A stretch of DNA of 64,000 nucleotides from Thermodesulfobacteriota bacterium (lineage in GTDB: Bacteria; Desulfobacterota_D; UBA1144). The stretch is taken from the NCBI GenBank assembly GCA_036340075.1, contig JAYYZJ010000012.1, forward strand, positions 64,001 to 128,000, written 5' to 3'. The notes under the pieces were generated by a model. The model searched no databases. It was not told the origin of the DNA and worked only from the letters and a program-made list of their open reading frames with translations. The translations under genes and the position numbers were made by a program. Shown piece by piece: positions 30,536 to 40,918 of this stretch (positions are counted from its first letter, which is position 1; each line of letters starts with the position of its first letter).

Positions 30536-31546
30536 ATGTCATCTATAAAAATAGGTATTAATGGATTTGGGAGAATAGGAAGGCATCTTTTAAGGATAGC
30601 ACTTAATTCAAAAGAGATTGAAGTTGTAGCAGTTAACGATATTGCTGACATTAAAACTTGTTCTCACTTACTAAAGTATGACTCAGTTTTTGGGGTATTA
30701 GACAAACCAGTTGAATTTGATGATAACGGAATTACTGTAGACGGTAATACGATTAAGTTTTTTTCCGAGAGGTCACCAGACAAGATAGATTGGTCATCAA
30801 CAAATTGTCAGATTGTTGTTGAGTCTACTGGAATCTTTACAAGTCAGGAACAAGCATCTTTGCACCTTAATGGTTCTGTAGAAAAGGTTATTATTTCAGC
30901 ACCATCGAGTGGACCTGTTGACTTTACAACTGTAATGGGCGCTAACGATGATTTGTATGAGCCTAATAAGCATCACATTATTTCTAATGCTTCTTGCACA
31001 ACAAATTGTCTTGCAATAATTACCAAAGTGCTACGAGATAATTTTGGTTTAGATAGTGGTCATATGACAACTATTCATTCCTACACCAATGATCAAAGGA
31101 TAATTGATTCTCCACATAAAGATATAAGAAGAGCAAGAGCAGGAGCATTGTCTATGATTCCTACTAGTACTGGAGCTACAAAAGCTATCGAAGAAATTTT
31201 CCCTGAACTAAAGGGAAATTTATCCGCAATATCGATTAGAGTTCCTACCCCAAATGTTTCTATAGTCGATTTTGTTGCTAAATTATCAAAGAAAGTATCG
31301 ATTGATGAATTAAACCAAGCTTTTATTGATTCTTCACAAGGACCTCTAGCTGATTATCTTGATATTGCACCAGAAGGTGCAGTCTCAATTGATTTACTTA
31401 GAAATAAGCACTCAGCGGTTTACGATCCCTTTGGGGCTAGAGTTATCGGAGATGACTTTATAAAGATAATCGCTTGGTACGATAATGAGTATGGATATTC
31501 TTCTAGAGTTTTAGATTTAGCAATTAAAATCGGAAAATTATTGTGA
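30536..31546 (+). CDS. gap: Glyceraldehyde-3-phosphate dehydrogenase type I
   Basis: INGFGRIGR, SNASCTTNCL and WYDNEYGYS motifs; AGGAG SD before ATG 30536. Confidence 0.98.
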   Translation: MSSIKIGINGFGRIGRHLLRIALNSKEIEVVAVNDIADIKTCSHLLKYDSVFGVLDKPVEFDDNGITVDGNTIKFFSERSPDKIDWSSTNCQIVVESTGIFTSQEQASLHLNGSVEKVIISAPSSGPVDFTTVMGANDDLYEPNKHHIISNASCTTNCLAIITKVLRDNFGLDSGHMTTIHSYTNDQRIIDSPHKDIRRARAGALSMIPTSTGATKAIEEIFPELKGNLSAISIRVPTPNVSIVDFVAKLSKKVSIDELNQAFIDSSQGPLADYLDIAPEGAVSIDLLRNKHSAVYDPFGARVIGDDFIKIIAWYDNEYGYSSRVLDLAIKIGKLL

Positions 31547-32739
31547 ACAAAAAAAAGGTTATTTCAGACTTACCAAAATCTTTTTTTAAAGAAAAAAAAG
31601 TTTTCGTCAGAGTAGACTTTAATGTTCCGATAAATACAAAAGATCAATCTATAAGAGAAGACTATAGAATTAGAAGAGCTATTCCAACTATAGATTATTT
31701 GCTAGATTGTGGTGCAAAAGTGATATTGGGATCACATCTAGGTAGGCCAGATGGCAACATTGTTAAAAAACTGTCTTTGGAAATTGTTGCAAAAAGATTG
31801 TCTGATTTATTAAATAAGGAAGTAATTTTTTGCAAAGATTTTATAAAAGAAGATCTTGCAAATAAAATGGATAACTTTCCAGAATCATCTGTAATTATGT
31901 TAGAAAACTTAAGGTTTCACAAAGAAGAGACCTCCAATAATGATGAATTTTCAAATTATTTAAGTTCATTGGCTGATGTGTATGTCAATGAAGCATTTGG
32001 AACATCGCATAGAGCTCATGCATCAACTTATGGAATGGCTAAAGGTTTTGATACAAAGCTAGCCGGATTCCTGGTTGATAAAGAACTTAATTATATTGCC
32101 AAAATGATGGAAGAACCCGTACATCCTTTTCTAGTAATAATAGGTGGTGCAAAAATTAATGACAAAATGATTGCGATGGGAAACCTTTTAGAGAAAGCAG
32201 ATAAAATTATAATTGCTGCTGGTGCTGCATATACCTTTATGAAAGCCAAAGGAGAAAAGATAGGAAATTCAATTTTTGATGAAAAAATGATTAGCTGGGC
32301 AGCTGAGGTTCACGATAAGTATAAAGATAAGATAGTTCTACCTGTTGATCATTTAGTTTCAGAATCTATAGGTAACACCGATTCTTGTCTTATTGTAAAT
32401 TCAGATATACCCGATGGTTTTAGTGGTTTCGATATAGGGCCAAAAACTATAGAGTTGTTTAATTCTTTAATAAAAGCTCCAGGCTATATATTTTGGAATG
32501 GACCTATGGGGGTTTTTGAATCTGAAACATTTTCATCAGGAACCATACATGTTGCGAGAGCTGTAGCATTAGCTACATTAAGAGGTGCTACTTCAGTTGT
32601 TGGAGGAGGAGAGACAATTGCTGCTATAAGAAAGGCAGAGGTTCTGGAATCAGAAATCTCTCATATGTCGACCGGTGGCGGAGCATTACTTGAATATATT
32701 GGTGGCGTAAACCTGCCGGGTATAGAAATTCTCGATTAA
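31543..32739 (+). CDS. pgk: Phosphoglycerate kinase
   Basis: [28 protein letters not shown] and STGGGA motifs. Confidence 0.97.
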   Translation: MNKKKVISDLPKSFFKEKKVFVRVDFNVPINTKDQSIREDYRIRRAIPTIDYLLDCGAKVILGSHLGRPDGNIVKKLSLEIVAKRLSDLLNKEVIFCKDFIKEDLANKMDNFPESSVIMLENLRFHKEETSNNDEFSNYLSSLADVYVNEAFGTSHRAHASTYGMAKGFDTKLAGFLVDKELNYIAKMMEEPVHPFLVIIGGAKINDKMIAMGNLLEKADKIIIAAGAAYTFMKAKGEKIGNSIFDEKMISWAAEVHDKYKDKIVLPVDHLVSESIGNTDSCLIVNSDIPDGFSGFDIGPKTIELFNSLIKAPGYIFWNGPMGVFESETFSSGTIHVARAVALATLRGATSVVGGGETIAAIRKAEVLESEISHMSTGGGALLEYIGGVNLPGIEILD

Positions 32740-32756
32740 TATTTTATAATTCAATC

Positions 32757-33833
32757 ATGGCGAAGTCTCGCTCGACTAGAGATATATCTTGGATTGAAGA
32801 ACTTTTAGGGGACGAATGTTCCTACTTATTGAATCACAATTGCACAAGTGTCAGCTCAAAGAGCATCCTTGCTCCCGGACCTAATTTTGTAGATGAGGTT
32901 GTTAAAGAATCAGATAGATCAAATATAGTCTTAAGGAATTTTCAAATGCTTTTTAATCATGGAAGGCTAAGTGGTACAGGATATTTGTCAATACTTCCTG
33001 TTGATCAAGGAATTGAACATTCTGCAGGAGCTTCTTTTGCGCCCAACCCGGAGTATTTCGACCCAGAAAATTTAGTCAAGTTAGCAATTGAAGGTGGATG
33101 TAGTGCTGTTGCTTCAACGCTTGGTATGCTCGGATCGGTATCTCGTAAATATGCTCACAAGATTCCTTTTATAGTAAAATTAAATCATAATGAATTTCTT
33201 ACCTATCCAAACGAATATGATCAAACACCATTTGCATCTGTAGATCAAGCTTTCAACATGGGAGCAATTGGTATTGGAGCAACAATATATTTTGGTTCGA
33301 AGGAAAGCAAAAGACAGATTCAAGAAGTATCCCAAATGTTTGAGTATGCACATTCTCTAGGTTTGGTTACAATTTTATGGGCTTATTTACGCAATGAGGA
33401 TTTTAAGAAAGATTCAAAAGATTATCATGTTTCAGCAGATTTGACTGGACAAGCTAATCACCTTGCAGCAACCTTACAGGCGGATATTGTCAAACAGAAG
33501 CTTGCAGAAACTAATAATGGTTTTGTTGATATAAATTTTGGACGTACACATAAAAAGGTATATTCAGAACTTACAACAGATCACCCAATTGATTTAAATA
33601 GATACCAGGTTTTAAATTGCTTCCTTGGTCGCGCTGGATTAATTAATTCGGGTGGAGCCTCTGGGGAGAATGATATTCAACAGGCGGTTAAAACCGCGAT
33701 TATTAATAAAAGAGCTGGCGGCATGGGTCTTATAACAGGTAGAAAAGCATTTCAGAAAAGCATGAAAGATGGAGTAGAAATATTAAATGCTGTGCAAGAT
33801 GTTTACCTAAATAAATTAATCAAATTAGCGTAA
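32757..33833 (+). CDS. fbaB: Class I fructose-bisphosphate aldolase (FbaB/DhnA)
   Basis: [24 protein letters not shown] Schiff-base Lys region and GRKAFQ motifs. Confidence 0.96.
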   Translation: MAKSRSTRDISWIEELLGDECSYLLNHNCTSVSSKSILAPGPNFVDEVVKESDRSNIVLRNFQMLFNHGRLSGTGYLSILPVDQGIEHSAGASFAPNPEYFDPENLVKLAIEGGCSAVASTLGMLGSVSRKYAHKIPFIVKLNHNEFLTYPNEYDQTPFASVDQAFNMGAIGIGATIYFGSKESKRQIQEVSQMFEYAHSLGLVTILWAYLRNEDFKKDSKDYHVSADLTGQANHLAATLQADIVKQKLAETNNGFVDINFGRTHKKVYSELTTDHPIDLNRYQVLNCFLGRAGLINSGGASGENDIQQAVKTAIINKRAGGMGLITGRKAFQKSMKDGVEILNAVQDVYLNKLIKLA

Positions 33834-34835
33834 TCACAATATTTTTTTCATATAAGACATAACATTCTTGACCATATCATTTGAACCTATAAAAATTTCA
33901 GATTTTTGATGGATTTCTTTTGGTTTACTATCTAAAATTCTTTCGTCTCTATTAAAAGCTAAGCCACCAGCTTGCTCTATTATGAAAGCCATTGGATTGC
34001 ATTCGTATAGCAACCTAAGTTTCCCTTGAGGGGCTCTTTTTGATTTAGAGTATATGAATAGACCGCCCTTCAACAAGCTCCTATGAATATCAGCAACCAT
34101 CGAACCAACATATCTTAATGAATAAGGACGACCTGTCTCGGAATCTTCTTGTTCGCACCACTTTATATAATCCTGAAGTTCAATCGGAAATTCATAATAA
34201 TTGCCTTGGTTAACCGAATACATTCTAGCCTTTTTTGGTATTTTTATATCTTTATGTGATAAGTAGAATTCTTGAACCAAAGGATCCAAAGTAAATGCAT
34301 CAACACCTTTTCCAACAGTGAGAACATATATAGTTGAAGAACCATAAATGATATATCCAGCAGCAACTTGCTTCGAACCCTTCTGTAGAAAATCTTTGGT
34401 AGTAATATTTTTTTTGATTGAATTTCTTTTAAATATAGAGAAGATAGTACCAACAGGAACATTGACATCTATATTTGATGAGCCGTCTAGAGGGTCTATT
34501 GCTACAATGTACTGAGAATTTTTAGACATCTTATCATTAAAGACAACTATTTTGTCAATTTCTTCAGACACTATGCCCGCACAATTGCCACCTTGTTTTA
34601 AAGAATTAATAAAAAGATCATTCGCAATTATGTCCAATTTTTTAACTACTTCCCCATGGACATTTTTGGTTCCAGAGGCATCACCAAGAATCCTATTTAA
34701 ACCCGCACTATTCAGTTCTTTGCTAACTTGTCTAGCTGCAAGCTTGATATCCTTAAGTAGCGAAATAAGTTCACGGTTTTTATCCCCTATCAGTTTATTC
34801 TTAAGTAAGTATTGGTATGCAGTAAGCTTTTCCAT
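33834..34835 (-). CDS. fbp: Fructose-1,6-bisphosphatase class 1
   Basis: KKLDIIAN, SEE, DPLDGSSNID, RYVGSMVAD and GKLRLLYE motifs. An alternative GTG start is at 34853. Confidence 0.97.
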   Translation of the reverse strand: MEKLTAYQYLLKNKLIGDKNRELISLLKDIKLAARQVSKELNSAGLNRILGDASGTKNVHGEVVKKLDIIANDLFINSLKQGGNCAGIVSEEIDKIVVFNDKMSKNSQYIVAIDPLDGSSNIDVNVPVGTIFSIFKRNSIKKNITTKDFLQKGSKQVAAGYIIYGSSTIYVLTVGKGVDAFTLDPLVQEFYLSHKDIKIPKKARMYSVNQGNYYEFPIELQDYIKWCEQEDSETGRPYSLRYVGSMVADIHRSLLKGGLFIYSKSKRAPQGKLRLLYECNPMAFIIEQAGGLAFNRDERILDSKPKEIHQKSEIFIGSNDMVKNVMSYMKKIL

Positions 34836-34853
34836 TAAGTTAAAATCATACAC

Positions 34854-35297
34854 TTATATATCTAAAAAAAAAGATAGATAACTTTGAATTTTGAAATACA
34901 GTAAAGATTCAGAACCATAAATTTTGCTTGTTATGATTAAGAAAATATAACCAATACAGCTACCAGCTATAAATCCTAGGATGGCTCCAAAAACTCTATT
35001 TATTAAACCAAGATTTATAGATTTAATTAAAGCCTCAGTCAATACAAATAGAACTTTAAAAAAAAGATAAAGCAAGATATAGATAAAGATGCCAACAACT
35101 AGTTCTGACCCAGCACCAGAATAAAAATCAAATTCTTTTTCCAGATATAATTGAAAGATATCAAGCCCTATATAAGTAATCAAAAGAGGTATTAAAAGGG
35201 TGAAGAATTTAGAAAATGATGCTACAAATCCAACAAAAAAACCAAAAAAACTCATCACACAAATCAAAGAAATAAAAATTACATCATACAAAGTCAT
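34854..35297 (-). CDS. cvpA: CvpA family (colicin V production) membrane protein
   Basis: D-x-I start, GFFVGF, and 'LINRVFGAILG' motif. Confidence 0.8.
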   Translation of the reverse strand: MTLYDVIFISLICVMSFFGFFVGFVASFSKFFTLLIPLLITYIGLDIFQLYLEKEFDFYSGAGSELVVGIFIYILLYLFFKVLFVLTEALIKSINLGLINRVFGAILGFIAGSCIGYIFLIITSKIYGSESLLYFKIQSYLSFFLDI

Positions 35298-35428
35298 GGT
35301 TAATTACCGCATATATGAGAATTTACCAGAAAGTCTCAGTTTTCTTTAGTATCAATCTATAGTTTTAATTCGTCAATGATAAAATCATCTTATTTTGACT
35401 TATTACTTTTTTCTGATAAGTTACAAAA

Positions 35429-36409
35429 ATGGATTATGGCTCAATTTTTTTACCCATAAGAAAACACCTTTTATCTGTAGAAAAAGAATTAAAAAATCAG
35501 ATTCCTACAGGAGTACCACTTTCTAAAGAAATATTGAAACACTTATTACTTAGGCCAGGAAAAAGATTAAGACCCTCAATAGTTCTTCTTTCAGCTCTTT
35601 CCGTAAACAATAGAATTAATAAAAATATAATATTTGCATCTGCTGCTGTAGAGTTGTTACACAATGCTTCAATAATTCATGACGATATTGTTGATGAGGC
35701 AAAATTAAGGAGAGGAGTAAAGTCTGCAAATAACATTTGGGGTGACCATGCAACTGTTTTAGCTGGAGATTATTTATTGGCAAAATCTTTATTCTTAATT
35801 AATAAGAGTAAAAATCCAGCTGTAATGTCTTCTGTAACTGCAGCTGCCTCTGAATTAGCAAACGGTCAAATATTAGACATTATGTTATCAAAAAGAGAAA
35901 TCCCTTTTAACGAGAAAATTTATTTTAAAATGATTAATTTAAAAACGGCCTCACTTATTTCTTCATCAAGCGAGATTGGAGCTATGTTAAGTGGTGCAAA
36001 TAGGTCGACAGTAAACTCAATGAGGAAGTATGGTGTAAGCTTAGGCATATCTTATCAGTTAATTGATGATGTACTTGATTTTATAGGTGATTCAAAGAAT
36101 ATGGGAAAAAAAGCTATGAGTGATATTAAAGAAGGCAAGGTAAGCTTGCCAATGCTAATTTGCTTAAAAAACCTTAAAAAAAGCGAATCTTACAAGCCAA
36201 AAAATATTCTAATCAATAAAAATTTTAATAGAAGTAATTTAAGTTTTCTCTATAATTTAGTTCTTGATTCAGAAGCGATTGAAGAAACTATTAGAATAGC
36301 TAATAATTATTCACTAAAGGCTGTGTCATCATTAAAAAATTTAAAAGACAGCAAATTTAAGGAAGCATTAATTAATTTAGCAAGAGTTAATTCAAGTAGG
36401 ATGTATTGA
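35429..36409 (+). CDS. Polyprenyl diphosphate synthase (IspB/HepT-like)
   Basis: GKRLRP, ELLHNASIIHDDIVD (FARM), KTA and YQLIDDVLD (SARM) motifs. Confidence 0.95.
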   Translation: MDYGSIFLPIRKHLLSVEKELKNQIPTGVPLSKEILKHLLLRPGKRLRPSIVLLSALSVNNRINKNIIFASAAVELLHNASIIHDDIVDEAKLRRGVKSANNIWGDHATVLAGDYLLAKSLFLINKSKNPAVMSSVTAAASELANGQILDIMLSKREIPFNEKIYFKMINLKTASLISSSSEIGAMLSGANRSTVNSMRKYGVSLGISYQLIDDVLDFIGDSKNMGKKAMSDIKEGKVSLPMLICLKNLKKSESYKPKNILINKNFNRSNLSFLYNLVLDSEAIEETIRIANNYSLKAVSSLKNLKDSKFKEALINLARVNSSRMY

Positions 36410-38037
36410 AGGTGAAAAAGAAAGATTGGGAAAAAAAATTTAAAGAAAAGATAAAGGAAAGAAAAGAAAACTTTTCTACCACTTCTGGTATAAAGATTGA
36501 TAGATTTTATACTCAAGATGACATAAGTAACAATCTAGACGAGAAGAACTCCTTGCCAGGAAATTTCCCCTTTGCTAGAGGTGTTCAGCCCACTATGTAC
36601 CGGGGCAGGTTGTGGACCATGCGACAATACGCTGGATTTGGATCAGCCGAAGAAACAAATAAAAGATTTAAATATCTATTAGAAAAAGGACAAACTGGCC
36701 TAAGTGTAGCTTTTGATTTGCCCACACAAATGGGGTACGACTCAGATGCTGAAATTAGTAAGGGAGAAGTCGGAAAGGTTGGTGTAGCCATTGATTCTCT
36801 TGAAGATATGGAAACTCTTCTTAAAGATATCCCCTTAGATCAAGTCTCAACTTCTATGACTATCAATGCAACAGCATCAATGTTATTAGCAATGTATATA
36901 ACAGCAGCAGATAAACAAGGAGTATCTTCAGATAAAATTATGGGGACTATCCAAAATGACTTACTTAAAGAGTTCATAGCTAGAGGTACATATGCATTCC
37001 CACCAGAACCATCCGTCAAGCTAACAGTTGACATCATGGAATTCTGTAAGGATTATGCACCAAGGTGGAACCCAATTAGTGTTAGTGGTTATCATATAAG
37101 AGAGGCTGGCTCTACAGCTGTCCAAGAATTAGCTTTTATGATTGCAGATGCAATTGAATATTTGGAAATTGCTAAATCAAGAAATATAGATGTTGAACAA
37201 ATTTGTAAACGAGTATCCTTTTTCTTCGCTGTTCACAATAACTTTTTCGAAGAAATTGCCAAATATAGAGCCGCAAGACGCATTTGGGCAAATTTACTAA
37301 GAAATAATTTTGGAGTAATGGATGATAACGCATGCAAGTTTAGAGTACATTCCCAAACTGGTGGAGTAACACTTACTGCACAACAACCCTTAAATAATAT
37401 TGTAAGGACTGGAATGCAAGCTATGGCGGCAGTACTAGGAGGAACGCAATCATTACATACAAATTCTTTTGATGAGGCGTTGGGATTACCTACAGAGGAA
37501 TCAGCAATAATTGCTCTAAGAACCCAACAGATTATTGGATACGAATCAGAAGTTGCAGATTCAATTGATCCTTTAGCTGGATCTTTTTTCATTGAAAACT
37601 TAACTGATGAGATAGAAGAAAAAGTATATGAGTATCTAGAGATTATTAAAGATAAAGGTGGCATGATTAAATGTATAGAGGAAAATTATATTCAATCTGA
37701 AATTGAGAACTCTGCCTACAACTTCCAAATTGAACTTGAGAAAAAGGATAGAGTTGTTGTGGGAGTTAATGATTTTGCAGATGTTGAAGAGAAATTGCCA
37801 CCCATACAAGAAATTGATCCTAACTTAGAATTGAACCAAATTGAAAAATTAAAGAGTTTACGCAAAAAACGAGATTCAAATAAAGTTAAAATTTGTTTAG
37901 ATAATTTAGAAGATGCCGCAAAAAAAGAAAAAAATCTTATGCCCTTTATTTTAGAGGCTGTTAAAGAGTATTGTACAATAGGTGAAATGACATCTGCTCT
38001 TGAGACAGTTTATGGAAGATTTAAGGGCTCAGGGTAA
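36406..38037 (+). CDS. mcmA: Methylmalonyl-CoA mutase, substrate-binding large subunit (no B12-binding domain)
   Basis: WTMRQYAGF, SVAFDLPT, QNDLLKEFIARGT, SGYHIREAG and QSLHTN motifs; no DxHxxG domain. Confidence 0.93.
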   Translation: MKVKKKDWEKKFKEKIKERKENFSTTSGIKIDRFYTQDDISNNLDEKNSLPGNFPFARGVQPTMYRGRLWTMRQYAGFGSAEETNKRFKYLLEKGQTGLSVAFDLPTQMGYDSDAEISKGEVGKVGVAIDSLEDMETLLKDIPLDQVSTSMTINATASMLLAMYITAADKQGVSSDKIMGTIQNDLLKEFIARGTYAFPPEPSVKLTVDIMEFCKDYAPRWNPISVSGYHIREAGSTAVQELAFMIADAIEYLEIAKSRNIDVEQICKRVSFFFAVHNNFFEEIAKYRAARRIWANLLRNNFGVMDDNACKFRVHSQTGGVTLTAQQPLNNIVRTGMQAMAAVLGGTQSLHTNSFDEALGLPTEESAIIALRTQQIIGYESEVADSIDPLAGSFFIENLTDEIEEKVYEYLEIIKDKGGMIKCIEENYIQSEIENSAYNFQIELEKKDRVVVGVNDFADVEEKLPPIQEIDPNLELNQIEKLKSLRKKRDSNKVKICLDNLEDAAKKEKNLMPFILEAVKEYCTIGEMTSALETVYGRFKGSG

Positions 38038-38469
38038 TTTCTTGCTCATTAGGACAGCGTTTTCTTTATATTCTTTGTAATAGTTTCTTCTTATACCATT
38101 TACTTTGTATCCTAATTTTTTATATAGAGTTATTGCAGAATTGTTACCTTCTCTGACCTCCAAAATAATTTTTTTTCTTTGTAATTGAATAGACAATTCC
38201 TCAATTTCTTTCATTAGTTCTTTTGCAATACCTATTTTCCTAAAGCTTTTTGACACTGCAATTTTTAATATTTCTACAAAATCCAGAGATTTTCTAGCAA
38301 ATATGTAACCAATTAATCTAGAATTCTTTTCAAAACCTAGGTTAATAGCATTAATATTATTGATTTCCATAACAATTTGATTCTTGGACCAATAATCTCT
38401 GAAGAATGACATTTCATACTTATAAATAGCATCAGTATCCCCCATCTCTACTTTTCTAATTCTATCCAT
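38029..38469 (-). CDS. rimI: Ribosomal protein S18-alanine N-acetyltransferase (GNAT)
   Basis: IAVxxxFRKIGIA, LEVREGN, LYKKLGY...RRNYY...ENA motifs. Confidence 0.9.
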   Translation of the reverse strand: MDRIRKVEMGDTDAIYKYEMSFFRDYWSKNQIVMEINNINAINLGFEKNSRLIGYIFARKSLDFVEILKIAVSKSFRKIGIAKELMKEIEELSIQLQRKKIILEVREGNNSAITLYKKLGYKVNGIRRNYYKEYKENAVLMSKKLP

Positions 38470-38492
38470 TATATAATAATAATTGATAACTC

Positions 38493-39227
38493 ATGAAAAA
38501 AGCATTGATAGTTTTAAGTGGAGGGCAAGATTCCACAACTTGTTTATTCTGGGCTATTAAGCAAGGATATTCTTGTTCGGCTATTACTTTTGACTATAAT
38601 CAATTACACAATATAGAGATTGAAAGTGCCAAAAAGATTTGTAAAATTGCTGATATTGATAACCATGAAATAATTAATATAGGATCAATATTTCAAGGGA
38701 ATTCACCTTTGACAAATTCTAAAAGGAGCTTAGAAACACATGAGGACATAAAAGAATTTGCTACGGGCATACAAAAAACCTTTGTCCCAGGACGGAATAT
38801 GCTTTTTTTATCAATAGCAGCTAACAGAGCATATTCACAAAATATTTCTACAGTTATTACGGGTGTATGCGAAGAGGATTTTGGTGGATACCCTGATTGT
38901 AGACAAGATTTTATTGACAGTATGGAAACAACAATAGGATTAGCTCTAGAGAGAGAAATTGAAATACTTGCACCTTTTATGTCTATGAAAAAATTCGAAA
39001 TTGTTAAACTCGCAAAAAGTTTGGATGAAACATGTTGGAAAGCATTGGCTTATACTCACACAAGTTATGATGGAAAATATCCACCTTCCTCTAAGGACCA
39101 TGCAAATATGTTGAGATCAAAAGCTTTTGAAGAAGCAAATTTACCTGATCCATTGGTATTAAGGGCTGTCTCAGAGAAGCTAATGCCTTTGCCTAAGAGT
39201 AAAAATTATGAAACTAAAAATAAGTGA
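38493..39227 (+). CDS. queC: 7-cyano-7-deazaguanine synthase (variant lacking Zn-binding Cys)
   Basis: LSGGQDSTT, TFDYNQ, TFVPGRN and GYPDCR motifs; adjacent to queE. Confidence 0.93.
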   Translation: MKKALIVLSGGQDSTTCLFWAIKQGYSCSAITFDYNQLHNIEIESAKKICKIADIDNHEIINIGSIFQGNSPLTNSKRSLETHEDIKEFATGIQKTFVPGRNMLFLSIAANRAYSQNISTVITGVCEEDFGGYPDCRQDFIDSMETTIGLALEREIEILAPFMSMKKFEIVKLAKSLDETCWKALAYTHTSYDGKYPPSSKDHANMLRSKAFEEANLPDPLVLRAVSEKLMPLPKSKNYETKNK

Positions 39228-39852
39228 AATTTTCTATTCTATACAAGGAGAAGGCCGTCAGGTTGGTGTTCCTACAACTTTTGTTAGACTTTTTGGATGT
39301 AATTTAAGATGTACGTGGTGCGATTCCATGTACGCAGTAGAAGGAAAAGATTACAGTTTGTTGAGTATAGACACCGTAATAAATAGAATAGAAGAAATAA
39401 ATTGTCAAAATATTTGTGTAACGGGAGGAGAGCCTTTGTTGCAGCAAAGGGCTTTAGTTCAACTTGTAGACAAGTTATTACAAAGAAATTTTGACATCTT
39501 GCTTGAAACAGCTGGACATATAGAGCCAGATGAAATCTTCAAAAATAAAAAAGTTGTTATTAGCATGGATTGTAAATGTCCTTCTTCAAAAATGGACGAT
39601 AAAATTAACATTAATATCTTAAAAAAGCTACAAAAGAAAGATCAAATCAAATTTGTTATAAAAGATAAAGAGGATTATAGCTATGCAAAAAAAATAGTTA
39701 TAAAAGAACAATTTCAAGCTAAGATTGTTTTTCAGCCTGTATATGGAACACCTATATCTTTAATAGCAGATTTAGTCTTGAAGGATAATCTTCCTGTTAG
39801 AGTTTTGCCTCAACTACACAAGTCTATATGGGGGAACAAAAGGGGTGTTTAG
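39208..39852 (+). CDS. queE: 7-carboxy-7-deazaguanine synthase (radical SAM)
   Basis: EIFYSIQGEG, GCNLRCTWCD, TGGEPL and QLHK motifs. Confidence 0.95.
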   Translation: MKLKISEIFYSIQGEGRQVGVPTTFVRLFGCNLRCTWCDSMYAVEGKDYSLLSIDTVINRIEEINCQNICVTGGEPLLQQRALVQLVDKLLQRNFDILLETAGHIEPDEIFKNKKVVISMDCKCPSSKMDDKININILKKLQKKDQIKFVIKDKEDYSYAKKIVIKEQFQAKIVFQPVYGTPISLIADLVLKDNLPVRVLPQLHKSIWGNKRGV

Positions 39853-40160
39853 TCCTCACAGTCCTTACAAGTACATAGTTCTCTTAGTCTTTGATAGGTA
39901 AATATTCCGGTTTCATGTCCATCTCCCCATTTGAATTGAATTCCATATTGTCCAACTTTCTGAAAGCTAGTAATTCTATAACTATCAGGAGGTAAAAGGG
40001 ATATAGATTTTTTAAAACCCTCTCTTGCTGTCCTGCATGTAGCACATGGGCAAGAATTCCTTATGTCTTTTATTACTAGATAACTTAAGTGAGAATCGTT
40101 CCATAAGATTGATAGAACTTCATCGTTTAGAAGTTTGAATTCTTTTATGTCTATACTCAT
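39849..40160 (-). CDS. DUF971 / GBBH-like N-terminal domain protein
   Basis: WxDxH, RxxCPCAxC and VGQYG...WxDGHETGIF motifs. Confidence 0.88.
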   Translation of the reverse strand: MSIDIKEFKLLNDEVLSILWNDSHLSYLVIKDIRNSCPCATCRTAREGFKKSISLLPPDSYRITSFQKVGQYGIQFKWGDGHETGIFTYQRLRELCTCKDCED

Positions 40161-40175
40161 GATAAAATAAAATCA

Positions 40176-40916
40176 ATGATTAATAATACTTTAATTGAAT
40201 CTATGATCCAAAACAATCCAATAGCATTAATAATAGAAAAAAATTTTTACAAACAAGGGAAATATGAAGCTCTATTTGCTTATGAAAAAAGACCGTCAAT
40301 AAAAGATTTTAGAACCAGCGAAGAAACAAGAAATAAATATTTCTTAAATCTTGGAGTAATATTAAAAGACGACTATCCATTTAAAATTTCTGATAGGTAT
40401 AGCAAGATTCTTGATATTAAAAAGTCACCTGTTGTATCCGGGATTATAAACCTTAATATCGATGGAATCTTAAAGCTAGAGGATCCATCAAATATAATAG
40501 ACTTAGAAGGGAATATCAGCTGGCTATATTGTTCAACTTGTGGAATGGATAAAAGTATGGAGTCAGTAATAAATAATCAAGATGAGATTGTTTGCATTGG
40601 TTGTAATAATAATATTCTAAAACCTAGTATCCCATTCCAGGGCCAAGATATTGCAGAATGGGACTATAGAGACTCATGGATGCTCTTAAACGGATGCGAA
40701 TCTCTTGTAGTTTTATCTACAGAAATTATATCGCCAATAACATACTCGTTTATCGAGATAGCGGCTAAAAGAAACAAAGAAATATATATTGCAAAAGAAA
40801 CAGGTAATAAGTACGAGGATTTAGATGCTGATATGACTAATGTTAATTTTCTTGACTACTCTGTAGATGCTTTCTTGGATATAATGATAGAATCCTTGGG
40901 TAATAAAATTTTATAA
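40176..40916 (+). CDS. Degenerate (probably catalytically inactive) Sir2/CobB-family homologue
   Basis: NIDG, CxxC...CxxC Zn ribbon and LKPxIxFxGQ layout match sirtuins. GAGxS, the catalytic His and the G(S/T)S motifs are absent. Confidence 0.78.
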   Translation: MINNTLIESMIQNNPIALIIEKNFYKQGKYEALFAYEKRPSIKDFRTSEETRNKYFLNLGVILKDDYPFKISDRYSKILDIKKSPVVSGIINLNIDGILKLEDPSNIIDLEGNISWLYCSTCGMDKSMESVINNQDEIVCIGCNNNILKPSIPFQGQDIAEWDYRDSWMLLNGCESLVVLSTEIISPITYSFIEIAAKRNKEIYIAKETGNKYEDLDADMTNVNFLDYSVDAFLDIMIESLGNKIL

Positions 40917-40918
40917 AG

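Noticed and set aside
35376..35388. Short palindrome ATGAT-AAA-ATCAT as Fur-like operator between cvpA and the prenyl synthase
   Set aside because: The arms are only 5 bp in AT-rich DNA, it does not fit the 7-1-7 Fur consensus, and the flanking genes are not iron-related.
38493..39852. queC-queE as part of a Dpd DNA-modification or QatABCD defence system
   Set aside because: There is no dpdA/TGT-like, TatD or ATPase partner in the window; tRNA queuosine synthesis is the simpler reading.
40176..40916. Sirtuin-like gene as an anti-phage NADase (Thoeris/DSR/SIR2-HerA type)
   Set aside because: It has the Zn-ribbon CobB-type layout, lacks NAD-binding residues, and has no defence partner genes nearby.
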